Positions 1 through 12,179 are shown, counted from the first letter of the whole stretch. The stretch is 63,188 bases of DNA, filler included, from Octopus bimaculoides (GCF_001194135.2; 5 parts of 5 records of this genome joined end to end with filler, not necessarily neighbours in it), one strand, 5' to 3'. The notes: generated by a model not told the origin, from the letters alone. Numbers and translations are program-made.

Positions 1-739
1 AGTGCCAATCCTAACAGTATGGGTGTTGGGGTGTGGGCCTGTAGCCTGGGAAAGGGGAAAGCAGTGTCGTGTACCTGAAAAGAAAACTTGCAATTGGAAG
101 AATTCATAAGCAAAACAGTACCTACAACCTGCAAACATTACTCAAACTTAATGCGCTACCCAAAGGTTGGGGAGAGGATGGCCAAGGCCACTAGATGGGT
201 TCCGGGAGACAGCCGAGGATGACAGGATGACAGAGGAATGCACTTCCGGTGGAGGGGGTGGGAGCGCGGGTGTACCATCAGCCAGGAGATAGGGCTCTTA
301 ATTGTAGATTTTAAATATTTGAGAGACAACAATGCATAAATCGTAATTTTTAAAAGAGCAATGAAATCTAGGTGAATAGAATATATACGTAGCATGAANN
401 NNNNNNNNNNNNNNNNNNNNNNNNNNNNNNNNNNNNNNNNNNNNNNNNNNNNNNNNNNNNNNNNNNNNNNNNNNNNNNNNNNNNNNNNNNNNNNNNNNNN
501 NNNNNNNNNNNNNNNNNNNNNNNNNNNNNNNNNNNNNNNNNNNNNNNNNNNNNNNNNNNNNNNNNNNNNNNNNNNNNNNNNNNNNNNNNNNNNNNNNNNN
601 NNNNNNNNNNNNNNNNNNNNNNNNNNNNNNNNNNNNNNNNNNNNNNNNNNNNNNNATATAAAGAGAGAGAGAGAGGGGGTACCAGTCAAGCAGCACATCA
701 CGCTGTAATTCTTGGGCTGAGAAATCAACACTTATATAC

Positions 740-900
740 ACGCAACAGGCTTCTTTCAGTTTCCATCCACCAAATTCAGTCACAAGGCTTTGGTCAACAT
801 AAGACCATAGTAGAAGACACATGCCCAAGGTGCCACACAGTGGGACTGAATCTGGAACCATATGGTTGGAAAGCAAACTTCTTACCACACAGTGGTGCCT
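740..900 (-). mobile_element. SINE family B 5' half
   Basis: Matches 32992-33151 with moderate divergence. Confidence 0.75.
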
Positions 901-1005
901 GTGCTTGCCTACATACACACACACACACATATATATATACACACACACATATATATACACACACACACACACACGTTTGTGCAACATGCTTCTTTCGGTT
1001 TCTTA

Positions 1006-1235
1006 TTTCTTTATTGCCCACAAGGGGCTAAACATAGAGGGGACAAACAAGGACAGACAAAAGGATTAAGTCGATTACATCGACCCCAGTGCGTAACTGG
1101 TACTTAATTTATCGACCCCGAAAGGATGAAAGGCAAAGTCGACCTCGGCGGAATTTGAACTCAGAATGTAATGGCAGACGAAATACCACTAGGCATTTCG
1201 CCTGGCGCGCTAACGTTTCTGCCAGCTCGCCGCCT
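1006..1235 (-). mobile_element. tRNA-head SINE, family A (A1 tail)
   Basis: Minus-strand head GGCGGCGAGCTGGCAGAAACGTTAG with B-box-like GAGTTCAAATTCC, ending AATAAAGAAATAA. Matches copies at 17917 and 55130. Confidence 0.85.
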
Positions 1236-1381
1236 TTCAGCTTCTGTCAACAAAATCCATCTACAAGGCTTTGGTCAGCCTACAGTTGAAGATACTTGCC
1301 CAAGGTACCATAGAGTGAAATTGAACCCAAAACCATGTGGCTGGGAAGCAAAGTTCTCACCACAGGATCATGCCACTGCCT
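1235..1381 (-). mobile_element. SINE family B, degenerate, interrupted by the A1 copy
   Basis: CAAGGCTTTGGTC...GAAGATACTTGCCCAAGGT...AACCATGTGG. A remnant of the same element lies left of the A1 insertion at about 980-1002. Confidence 0.65.
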
Positions 1382-1859
1382 ACAAAATCTTAGGATTTTG
1401 CCAATCCAACCCTTGGGAGGATCTAAGTTCAGCATTACAAGGTAATACCTCATTATCATCACCATATCCACTTTTCCATACTGGCAGGGGTTGGACGGTT
1501 TTTCTGAGTCAATGTTTAACAGCTAGGTGTCCTTTTCGTCACCCACCTTTTTCGTGACCTCTCACAACATGCAGGAATGTGGTGCACCTATTCAAAAGCT
1601 ACGACACACAGGATACAATGGCAGGACAACAAAACGCACCTCAATAATAAAGTGTGATTTACATTCTGAGTTCAATTCACACCAAGGTCATCTTTACTTG
1701 AATTCCTTCAAGGGTTGAGAAATTGAAGATGCAGTTAAATACTAGCATCAATATAATGTCTATAGCCCTCTTTTGACTAAAATAAACTGCTGACATGGTA
1801 ACTGAGATTTTGGTAATTTGCTGTGCTTGAGAAGACATATCAAGCTAAAAGAACCATAG

Positions 1860-2038
1860 TCGTGGCCAGTGCTGGTGACGCATAAGAGGCACCCATGCCG
1901 GTGACACATAAGAGGCACCCATACCAGTAATGGTATGGATGCCTCTATGGTTAACAGCACCTGTGCTGGTTATCAGTCCCAGTCAAACCATCTAACTCAT
2001 GCCAGCATGGAAAACGACACTAAATAATGATGATGATT
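1860..2038 (+). mobile_element. Family E 3' fragment, tail-to-tail with 2320-2710
   Basis: GTCAAACCATCTAACTCATGCCAGCATGGAAAACG...ATGATGATGAT. Another short minus-strand fragment lies at about 1451-1510. Confidence 0.6.
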
Positions 2039-2319
2039 GAACTGTGCCCCTAAATACATGGTGCATCAATCCTCATTTATCATCAGTTCAGTCGCCACTG
2101 ATACAGGATAATTCAATATGCTCAACTGCAAATGGCATTAGGCTTATCATGAATTAATCTCTGATAACACAGATCAGTGATTAATCAAGTATTCTGCTTG
2201 GACCGCAAAAGCATGCCCTAGCAACCATCTACAACGTTCAACTAACCAGGATGCACCAATTCCCTCATGTCTACAGCACCATGCTGTGAGACAGTTATAT
2301 TTATACAAATTTGCATAAC

Positions 2320-2710
2320 ATCATCATCATCGCTTAACATCCGCTTTCCATGCTAGCATGGGTTGGACGATTTGACTGAGGACTGGTGAACCAGATGGCT
2401 ACACCAGGCAACAATCCGATTTGGCAGAGTTTCTACAGCTGGATGCCCTTCCTAACGCCAACCACTCCGAGAGTATAGTGGCTGCTTTTATGTGCCACCG
2501 GCACGAAGGCCAGTCAGGCGGTACTGGCAACGGCCACGCTCAAAATGGTGTTTTTTACGTGCCACCTGCACAGGAGCCAGTCCAGCAGCACTGGCAACGA
2601 TCTCACTCGAATGTCTTTACACGTGCCACCAGCACAAGTGCCAGGAAGGCGACGCTGGACACAGGTGCTATCACGATTTCACTTTCGCTTGCCCCAACAG
2701 GTCTTCGCTA
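2320..2710 (-). mobile_element. RTE-related non-autonomous retroposon, family E, with (GAT)n tail
   Basis: Contains GGATGCCCTTCCTAACGCCAACC and TTTCCATGCTAGCATGGGTTGGACG, which resemble RTE 3' ends. It has an (ATC)n terminus and internal GTGCCACC..GCAC subrepeats. Confidence 0.65.
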
Positions 2711-3431
2711 TATTTATACAAATTTGTATATATATGCCTATCAACGTTCCCCTAATGAACAGAAAGAAATATTTTTCACAGATATATTTTTACTATTTAC
2801 TGATCATAAGTTATTTAATTTTACTCTAAATATTATTCCAACAACCATGAAACAATATCATTGTGTTTAAAATCTGTTTGATATAATTTGGGTAAGTTAG
2901 GGGGTCCAACTTAGGGGTCACAGAATGAACCCTATTTTCCCCCTGCATGTGTTCTATCCATTTATCACTGATTCATTTAACACTTTTTTTTTAACCAAGC
3001 TCCAGTCATAAATGAGTACAGAGGTACTTATTTATAACAGAATGGACAAGGTCACTAACTTGTTTGCATGTTTTTATACAATCATGGTGCTCAGTGCTAA
3101 CACTATGATATGAAGAGTCATGGACTTAGATGGTAGATCAGAACTGTAACGACTGAGCCTCTTTTCTGGGGGTTTCTGGGGGTTTCACTGATAAGGGAGC
3201 TGAGTTATTAGAACAGTTTTTTAGTGGATAACTTACCTGATAACATGGCTGTTGTTTGATATCTGAGAGGGCCTTCTGTAACAGAAATAATACAGACACT
3301 GCATTAGTATTCGTACGATACTTGTACACATGCACAAGCATGCACACACAATCTTCAAATAACAAACACATACAAAACACACAGACATCAAACCATGCAG
3401 GATGCCTGCACCGCATAAAATCCTTTCTATT

Positions 3432-3770
3432 ATATGCACAAGGCCTGAAATTTTGGGGGAGTCGGGTAGTCGATTACATCAACCCTAGAGCTCAACAGAC
3501 TGAGGACTGGTGAACCAGATGGCTACACCAGGCAACAATCTGATTTGGCAGAGTTTCTACAGCTGGATGCCCTTCCTAACGCCAACCACTCCGAGAGTAT
3601 AGTGGCTGCTTTTATGTGCCACCAGCACGAAGGCCAGTCAGGCGGTACTTCATCGACCCCAAAATGACGAAAGACAAAGTCAACCTCAGTGGAATTTGAA
3701 CTCAGAATGTAAAGATGGACAAAATGTCACTAAGCATTTTGCTTGGTGTCCTAAGATTCTGCCAGCTTGC
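3432..3770 (-). mobile_element. SINE family A2 interrupted by a 152-bp family E segment
   Basis: A2 3' part at about 3432-3496, family E segment at 3498-3649, A2 head at 3650-3770. Confidence 0.7.
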
Positions 3771-4014
3771 TACATGCACCTATATAATGCCACATTTGCA
3801 GCATCAGAACTTAGTACTGCAACATAGCAATAAATAGATCTCTGAGCCTAGGCATCAAGCCAGCCCTACAACTAAGTATCCTTTCTGGAATGTCTAATAA
3901 CTCAGACAAAATGTAGACAACCAATACCATTGTCTAAAACGTTGGGAGTGAAGGTGAGCATACCATTGTCTAAACTACAAAACAGGGTAACAAATCTAGA
4001 GAGGATAGAACTTC

Positions 4015-4597
4015 ATGGGAAAGAATTAACATGTAACAGAATGTATAATGGCTATCATAGAAAAGAATTAACAGGTAAACAGTGTGTATAAGGATTATCA
4101 TAAAGATTAACATGTAACAGGCTGTATAAATATTATAAGAAGGATTAACAGGTGTGTATAATGATTATTATAGGAAGGATTAACGGTGTATAAGGATTAA
4201 CATGTAACAGGAGTTATAAAGATTACTATAGGAGGGATTAATAAAAGTGTGCATACAAATTATTATAAGAAGGATTGACAAGTAACAGGATGTATAAATA
4301 TTATAGAAAGGATTAACAGGTGTGTATAATGATTATTACAAAAAGGATTAACAACCAGCAGGGTGTATAAGGATTATTACAAAAAGGATTAACAACCAGC
4401 AGGGTGTATAAGGATTATTACAAAAAGGATTAACATATAACAGAGTGTATAAAGATTATTATAAGAAAAATTAACAGATAACAGTGTGTATAGTATTATT
4501 GTAGGAAGGATTAACATTTAACAGGATGTATAATGGTTATTATAAGAAAGATTAACATGCAACTGTGTATAAGGATTATCATAGGCGGATTAACATA
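4015..4597. repeat. Degenerate minisatellite, unit about 40 bp
   Basis: Recurrent GGATTAACA(TGTAACAG)G.TGTATAA.GATTAT units. The two copies at about 4333-4420 are nearly exact. Confidence 0.8.
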
Positions 4598-5380
4598 TAA
4601 CAATGTGTTTAATAGGAGAGGAGATTTACTGATGGCACTGGCAGAGATCACATTCAAAACTGAAGTGCAGCTAAGAGTTGGTGTAGGAAGGATATCTGTC
4701 GAGGTAGACATAGGCAAGTGGTTTCTTTTTTTTTGTCATTTATGGTTTAGTCAGAGAAGGAAATACAACACCCATGATCTTTCACACGACCTCCAAGACT
4801 TGAGTGGAATTGAAAGGACTGAAAGCACCATGGGTTGTAGGGCACAGTTTAAGATACCGAGTTGTCTGTCCCCAGACATGATCTGAACACCAGCAACAGA
4901 CTGGATTCTGATAAAGGTAACCCAAAAACCAGGTAGTGCGGAACTAACCCAAGCAGCTCTTATCTAGATACATTACGAGAACTATTACAATTAAATATTT
5001 TATTTTAATACAGTACAACAAATGTAGGGACGAACAGAGAAGATATGGCTGAAAAATCAATAACTTACTTCAACTTTCATGCTATCATCGTCAATAATCT
5101 TTAAGTCTTTATTTAATTGATCAAGAAGCTGGAAAACAAATATGAGAAACTTTCTAAAAATTGTGGAATTTTTGTCAGAAAGTCACAATTTAACCCTAGA
5201 ATAAATATATATAGTTCAAATTTACAGAAGACAAAGACAGGTGAGGGGAAAAACAAGCAGGTGTATTAGTTCAACACTCGGGAAGAATGGAAAAGTCTGA
5301 TGATTCGAGCCTATGCTCTTCAACGGAAAGGATTGAGAGGATAAAAATGGAGAGAGTAAAAAAAAAAAAAAAAAAAAAAA

Positions 5381-5480
5381 NNNNNNNNNNNNNNNNNNNN
5401 NNNNNNNNNNNNNNNNNNNNNNNNTTAATTAATTAANNNNNNNNNNNNNNNNNNNNNNNNNNNNNNNNNNNNNNNNNNNN
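5381..5480. other. Artificial 100-bp scaffolding spacer (44 N + TTAATTAATTAA + 44 N)
   Basis: Identical construct at 21408-21507, 42817-42916 and 47987-48086. The 12-mer encodes stops in all six frames. Confidence 0.95.
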
Positions 5481-5564
5481 GACAAGACATGGGTAGTGAC
5501 CGGGCAGTTATTTTGGTTGCCAATAAAATTGACCTAGTCAGGAAACGGGAAGTCAGTAGTGATG
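5481..5564 (+). CDS. RGK: RGK-family small GTPase, penultimate coding exon (5' part lost in assembly gap)
   Basis: Translates to QDMGSDRAVILVANKIDLVRKREVSSD+G, containing the G4 motif NKID. It ends at a canonical donor G|GTAAGT (5565-5570) in phase 1, which matches the next exon. Confidence 0.9.
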
Positions 5565-5615
5565 GTAAGTTATGAAATTATTATCTTTCGTTTTGTAATC
5601 GTAAATGTTAATGAG

Positions 5616-5616
<1 letters not shown>

Positions 5617-5674
<58 letters not shown>

Positions 5675-5883
5675 TTTAAATTTCGGCACAAGGCCAGCAA
5701 TTTTGGGGGTGGGCCAAGTCGATTACATCGATCCCAGTCTTCAATTACTACTTATTTTAATGATCCCGAGTGTATAAAAGAGAAAGTTGACCTCGGCGGT
5801 AATTGAACTAAGAATGTAAAGAACAATGAAATATTGCTAAGCCTTTTGCTCGGCGTGTTGACGATTCTACCAGCTTGCCGCTT
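5617..5883 (-). mobile_element. SINE family A2 (alternative 3' end, (ATT)n tail) in the RGK intron
   Basis: Same head and centre as A1 but ends in ...GCCTTGTGCCGAAATTT followed by the tail, seen as (AAT)n at 5617-5671. Confidence 0.75.
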
Positions 5884-7442
5884 CCAAAAAAATGAATGAT
5901 AATTATTATAATTTCTTTAATGATTTTAAATGGAGAACGCGTAAATATGTATTTTTTATTTCCAAATTTAGATTTTGCTATGAGAGATCTTTACTAGGGT
6001 TTAGCATCTTAGGTATCATGAGGAGATCTGAGGAATTTGACTCTAAAAAAGAATACAGGAAGCATGTCTCTAAGGAAATATCTTAGTGTAAATCTTCCTC
6101 TTTAAAGATTGAATTTATCATCCCCACCTGTCTGTTGTTACGGAAAAGCAGTGTCTCCTTACATTCTCGAATTAGTTTGTATTCTGAAGGGACTGAAAAT
6201 AAATACCTTTTCAAATTACTACTAAAATACTTCGCTCCAAATCATAAATACCATAAACTACTTTGAAAAACCATAAAAGATGTATGAGTCAACCACACAC
6301 TATTTTGCATCAACGCCTGCAAATTTACATGCACGAGACTTCGCACCCTTACTAAATATATGGTTTGTGCGTTCATACAGCTGTAGAAGTTTGTATGGTT
6401 GAAAGGCATCTGGGAATATATTATAAGGGCTCATTGTAAATATATTATAACCATTTTATATGGGTTGCATTTAATAGAATTTATCTCAAGGCTTATGTCT
6501 CAAAATTTATTTATGCTAATGGATGACATTAATTGTTAGGCTTAAATTTTTGAACGTTTTGATCGTGTCATTCTAAACTTAGCTATTTGGTGGCCATCTT
6601 TATACCAGAATTGGATTAATCCGTCATCTCTGTAAATCTCTAGCTTTACTTCGCTAGATTTTGTTCTGAGAGAGAGAGAGAGGGGGGGGGGAGTAGTATG
6701 TATATTATTATTAATCTGTTTCATCTCCGTAAAAATCTATCATGGGTATATCTAATAGGTTTATTCAACTACATTTGACTCACAAAGGGTCTTAAAAAAA
6801 AGAGGGACTTTCTACCATGTTTGAATCACGCCAATGCCCAAGTCTACCACGGAAACCTAATGATTTTTTTTGAAGAGATTTAAATATTGAAGCTTAATTT
6901 TATACAAGGTCAAACTGTGTATATATGCAGTTGCGATTATCTTTTCTTGTTCAACAACTTTAATACCCAGAGAAGATTTGTATACATAAACACACACAAG
7001 CACTCACACACACGCACACACGTGCACATACTCGCACAGACATACACACATACATTACACTCTCAATCTTCATGGAGGTAGTAGGTGGCGCTGATTGTCT
7101 GTGCAGTGTTTGGTGATTCAATGATTCATAGTTGAATGCTGAAGAGAGCAAAGTCATGCCACGTAACAGCCTCCTGCTTGAAAGATTAAAAATAGCTTTT
7201 ATAGAGAATAAAGTTCTATAGTAAAGAGTTAGAAGCGAACAACTCTGGCAACAGACACCCTAATGGCGTGGTTGGGTGACAGCAAGAGTAGGATTTCTTG
7301 GAAAGTAATCGACCGACCACTCACAGCGAAGTACTGTTGAGCCAGCGAGGATTCAAGACATGACTAAAGATAGACTCAACTTTCAAAAACCGTTCTTTAT
7401 CACGTTATTGCACACATCGCATTCATACATTACATATTTACA

Positions 7443-7488
<46 letters not shown>

Positions 7489-8198
7489 CATATATATAAT
7501 ATATATAATATATATAAGCATATATGTGTGTGTGTTTATGCATGTATATGTGTATGTATATATATATATATAAGAATAATTTTACACACATAACACCTGT
7601 CTACATACACGCAAGCATGCATACATATATACATATATACTTACTAACATGTATGCTACGCTCATACATGTTAGTAAGTACTTCTAAAGATACATGCTGA
7701 AAAATATACACACTTTCGTGCATACATATATAAACATACATACATACATGTACACACATAGATACGTGCTTACATACACAAAACACCCATGCTTACACAC
7801 ATACATTCATACACACACTTGCACATACAGGTGTAGATATATTCCTAGAATGTAATCCATGTTGTCAGTTCACATAGTTGTTGCCTGAGTAGAAGATAAA
7901 AATAGAAAGATGATGAGAGAAGTGGGGAGGAACGTGTGTGTGTGGGGGAGAAACCATTATCAACAAATAAAATACAGATGAATATGTGTTCATGGCGCTT
8001 CAGGTATTTACTACAAGTGTGTTTACCATGACTTTTTCTTTTTACGTTGGCAATAACTTTGTCTATTTTTTTTTTTGTAGTAATTCTATATTATGTTATA
8101 ACATTTATCATCACCACAACCTTCAGCTTCATGCATATTGACGTTGTTGTTGTTGCTGTGATTATTATTATTATTAAAATTGTAGTAGTAGTATGAAG

Positions 8199-8387
8199 AC
8201 AGAATCGTTAGTGCGCCGTGCAAAATTCTTAGCGGTGTGTCGTCTGTCTTTACGTTCTGAGTTCAAGCGCCGCCGCTGTCGTTTTTGCTTTACATCCTTT
8301 CAGAGTCGATAAAATAAGTACCAGTTGAGCCCTGGTTCGATATATCACTCCCGAAATTGCTGACATTGTGCCGAAATTTGAAACTGT
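8199..8387 (+). mobile_element. SINE family A2, degenerate, in the RGK intron
   Basis: CAGAATCGTTAG...TACGTTCTGAGTTCAA...GTCGATAAAATAAGTACCAGTT...TTGTGCCGAAATTTG. Confidence 0.75.
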
Positions 8388-8538
8388 TATAAATTGTTTC
8401 GTCTTAATTTTTAATTATTATTTTCGTCTTAGCTTTAAAAAAGTTACTTATAATTTCTAATTCACAAAATTTCCTTCAAACATATGTAAAACATACATAT
8501 TTTATAAAAAATTCCTATTCTTCTCTTTGTCATTGCAG

Positions 8539-8801
8539 AAGCACGAAGCATAGCTGTGAACTACGACTGCAAATATGTCGAAACATCTGCAGCGTTGAAC
8601 CATCAAATTGACGACCTTTTGGTCGGCGGTCTAAGTCAAATACGACTGAAATTAAACATTCACGTTCAAGATAACAGCCAAACACTCACCAACAAAAAGA
8701 ACAAAAACAGGCGAACGAAGACCAGGCGCTCCCTGATCAGCAAGATTTTCAAAAAAAACTCCAGGAAAGTCAAGTCTTGTGATAACCTGTTTGATCTATG
8801 A
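8539..8801 (+). CDS. RGK: RGK-family small GTPase, last coding exon
   Basis: Polypyrimidine tract plus TTGCAG acceptor ending at 8538. The split codon G|AA gives E, then ARSIAVNYDCKYVETSAALNHQIDDLLVGGLSQIRLKL...RRSLISKIFKKNSRKVKSCDNLFDL*. It has G5 ETSA, a polybasic tail and a Cys exactly 7 residues from the C-terminus with no CAAX, all RGK hallmarks. The ortholog among REM/RRAD/GEM cannot be assigned. Confidence 0.92.
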
Positions 8802-9123
8802 ACACTTCCAGCTTTTTTTTTCTTTCCCAAATGTTCCTTTGTGGCAGAAGCTTCAATGCAAATGACATTCTCTACATAAAATCTCATTGACATTATATAA
8901 ATACATATAAAATCACATCATTTCGCGACCTTATGTTACTCATCGTAAAAAACACATGTTAAAATGACCTCTGTTTTGTTTTGTTCAACATTAATCATCA
9001 TTATATAAGCTGGACTGCTTCGGTTTGAAGGATCCAAGCTAAATTATTTATTAATAGTATGAATAACGTTGGTCAAGTTGTCAGATTATCAATTTGTCGA
9101 TCTTGGTGTCAAGGGAAATATGA

Positions 9124-9129
9124 AATAAA
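9124..9129 (+). promoter_or_regulatory. Candidate polyadenylation signal of the RGK transcript
   Basis: AATAAA about 320 nt after the stop codon. The hexamer is common in AT-rich DNA and there is no transcript evidence. Confidence 0.25.
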
Positions 9130-10227
9130 GCGTAAAAATACACAGCTGTAATCAAATCCAAAGGAGTTGACGAGCTGTATTACAAATCTAAGTGGCAGCA
9201 ACATGGGACTTTGTGAAGAACACAAAGGTTCCTGATACACGTACATACCTAAATATATACACTTACACACACACGCATATATAGCAATGTGGTGTATTCA
9301 TTTCTGATTTATAAAGAATTGAAAACATCTAATGTTTAAGAAACTTAAAGTAATTGCTTCATTTAATTTTTTTTTGATAAGATGTATATATATATACGTA
9401 CGTACATACACACACACACATACATACACACATACACACACACACATATATATCGTACACTAAATTCATTTTTTTAAACCACGAGGCACCAAACCTGGTA
9501 TTGGGTGTATTTTGTATTTTCACACCCAAGCCTAAATCTGTATGTGTGAATGCGTTTATCTTTACTCAGACCCCAATTTTATTTATGCACTTAGCATCTA
9601 AGTTTTTTGAAAACACCCAAATCTTATTAGCAAGACAATCAAGCATCTTTTCATCACATTAAACCATCAAAATATAATTTTTGTTTTAAATATTGAATAT
9701 CATCACAAAAGCCGGAAATATGAGAACCAAGGCTTTGGAAATTCATATTCAAAATTTAAATATATCATATTTTTTAATACAAAAGTCTCAGATTGGTTGA
9801 ATGGCAAGCGTACATGAACATAGAATGTTTATATATATATATATGCGTGTCTGTATATGTGTGTATACATATGTTTACATACATATATGCATGTCTATAT
9901 ATGTACGTATATGCATGTGTGTATGTTTGTGTCTAATATATATATACATGTATATCAATATATATATGCACACAAACACACACTCACACATATATGTATT
10001 AAAATATATGTATATATGTATGTATATATATACTTATATATACTTATATCCATATATGTAAATATATACTAAGTTGCTACAGTATACGTACCTATATATA
10101 AAAATAGAGATACGTAATATATATATTTTTATATATGTATGCAACATATGTATAAATATGTAACTATGCGTACATATGCATACGTATATTTATATACTTA
10201 CGCAAGCATGTATATATTACATGTATG

Positions 10228-10261
<34 letters not shown>

Positions 10262-10461
10262 TATACATACGTATATACATACACATATATATATATGTAT
10301 ATATATATATGTATATGTATATGAATTGCTTTGGACACTTAAACAAGTAGAGTGATCCCGGTTCAGAAGTAAACCACATCTGAAGAAAATCATTTCAACC
10401 ACATTATGCGGCATTGAGAGATTTTGAAATTGCCAGTAACGTGAGCTGACAATTATGTATT

Positions 10462-10509
<48 letters not shown>

Positions 10510-11039
10510 ATGAAATATTTCCTGTTAAGGAAAACCGAAACCAATATTGCTGCCTTAAGATGGCGAAATGTGACTGGTGATTGATGTAAATGGTTCATTT
10601 GTTTTGCTTCATTTTTCCAATTTGTTTTTTGAAACCAGTTCATCTTATTTTAACTGAAGCATACCTCTTTGTGCCTCAAGTTCAGATGTACTACATTTTA
10701 TTGCTAAGCTGTTAATTTTATGCAGCAGTGTGAATTAAAATAAAATGCAGTACAATCCCCGTAAGCTTGACCCGTAGAATATGTTTAGCTGATTTGCACT
10801 CAGTTAAGAATGGAGAGCAAAGAAGTTTCTTCCGTATATAGATAATAATCACCTAAACTATTAACCCAACCTGATAATCTTTCGATGCCGTCGAAACATG
10901 TCATATAAGTTCAAGGATTTACATTTATACGTCGATATTAACTTACTGCTATCATAACCATCAGAACAATCCTCATTACGATGTATATACGCATGCATAC
11001 ACACACACGTATATATCTACAAATACACACATATATATT

Positions 11040-11075
<36 letters not shown>

Positions 11076-11402
11076 TACATATTTATATATATAATATTGT
11101 TCATTTAAAGGATTTAATAATTACCATAATATTCATAAATATAACCATGTTAATCAATTTAGCATTATATACACAATACACACACACACATACACACTCA
11201 CACACATACACACACACACACTCACAAACACACACATATAACTATGTACTCGCCCCTCTATATATTATATATGTATGTCTGTCTGTGTGTGTACGTGTAT
11301 ATAATGTTATGTAATGTTATATAATGTTATATATGTTATATATATATCATATATTTCTCTCTGGCTTTCGGTCTCTTTCTCTCTCTCTCTATCTATCTGT
11401 CG

Positions 11403-11446
<44 letters not shown>

Positions 11447-11947
11447 GTCTATCTATGTCTTTCTGTGTATGAAGGCGTATGGGAGGCAGTGTGTATGCGC
11501 ATATAATGCAATATACGTCAACAATGCGTATGCATACGTGTCTGTGTGCGCACATGTATTCCTCTGTGTGTGTCTCCTTCCAAGACTGAACCTTTTGCTT
11601 ATGTGTATGATTGTGTGTGCTTGTGTTTGTGTGTGTGTACGTGTGTTTGTGTGTGTGTTTTGTTAGTTTTCAAAGCCAGAGTAATGCTTCAATAAATCAA
11701 ATGACAAGACTGTATAAGAGAAGGGAGACATTGGGGTGGATAGGTAGGTAGGTAGGTTGGGTGGAAGCCATCGTTTGTTTACGAACTCAAGGCTATATAT
11801 GCATACATATACACATGCACACAAATATGAATACATGCACATACATGCGTGTACATATACAGCACTCATGTTCGGTCGAAAGTACTTTGAGGTGAAATAA
11901 GTGAAATTAATATGTTTGCCTATAGTTATATACACGCGTCATACATA

Positions 11948-11988
<41 letters not shown>

Positions 11989-12101
11989 TATATATATAAT
12001 TATATTACAAATATGTTTAGCATGTATATATATGTGTGCATATATATATAGGTGACTATGACTGGATGTATATAGAAATCTATTTACGAATCGCTGTTGG
12101 T

Positions 12102-12179
<78 letters not shown>

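Noticed and set aside
4015-4597. Possible CRISPR-like repeat-spacer array
   Set aside because: Units are contiguous and degenerate with no unique spacers, in a eukaryotic context with no cas genes.
5425-5436. TTAATTAATTAA palindrome recurring four times inside N runs
   Set aside because: Always centred in an exact 44N+12+44N block. It is an artificial six-frame-stop scaffolding linker, not biology.
7139-7200. CTGAAGA-GAGCA...TGCTT-GAAA hammerhead-like match in the RGK intron
   Set aside because: Core and a 5-bp stem II are present, but I cannot form a credible stem III with NUH or a stem I, so it is probably chance.
10868-10900. CTGATAA...CGAAACATGTC motif with palindromic ACATGT
   Set aside because: G8 is mutated and neither stem I nor stem II pairs. 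At best a heavily decayed relic.
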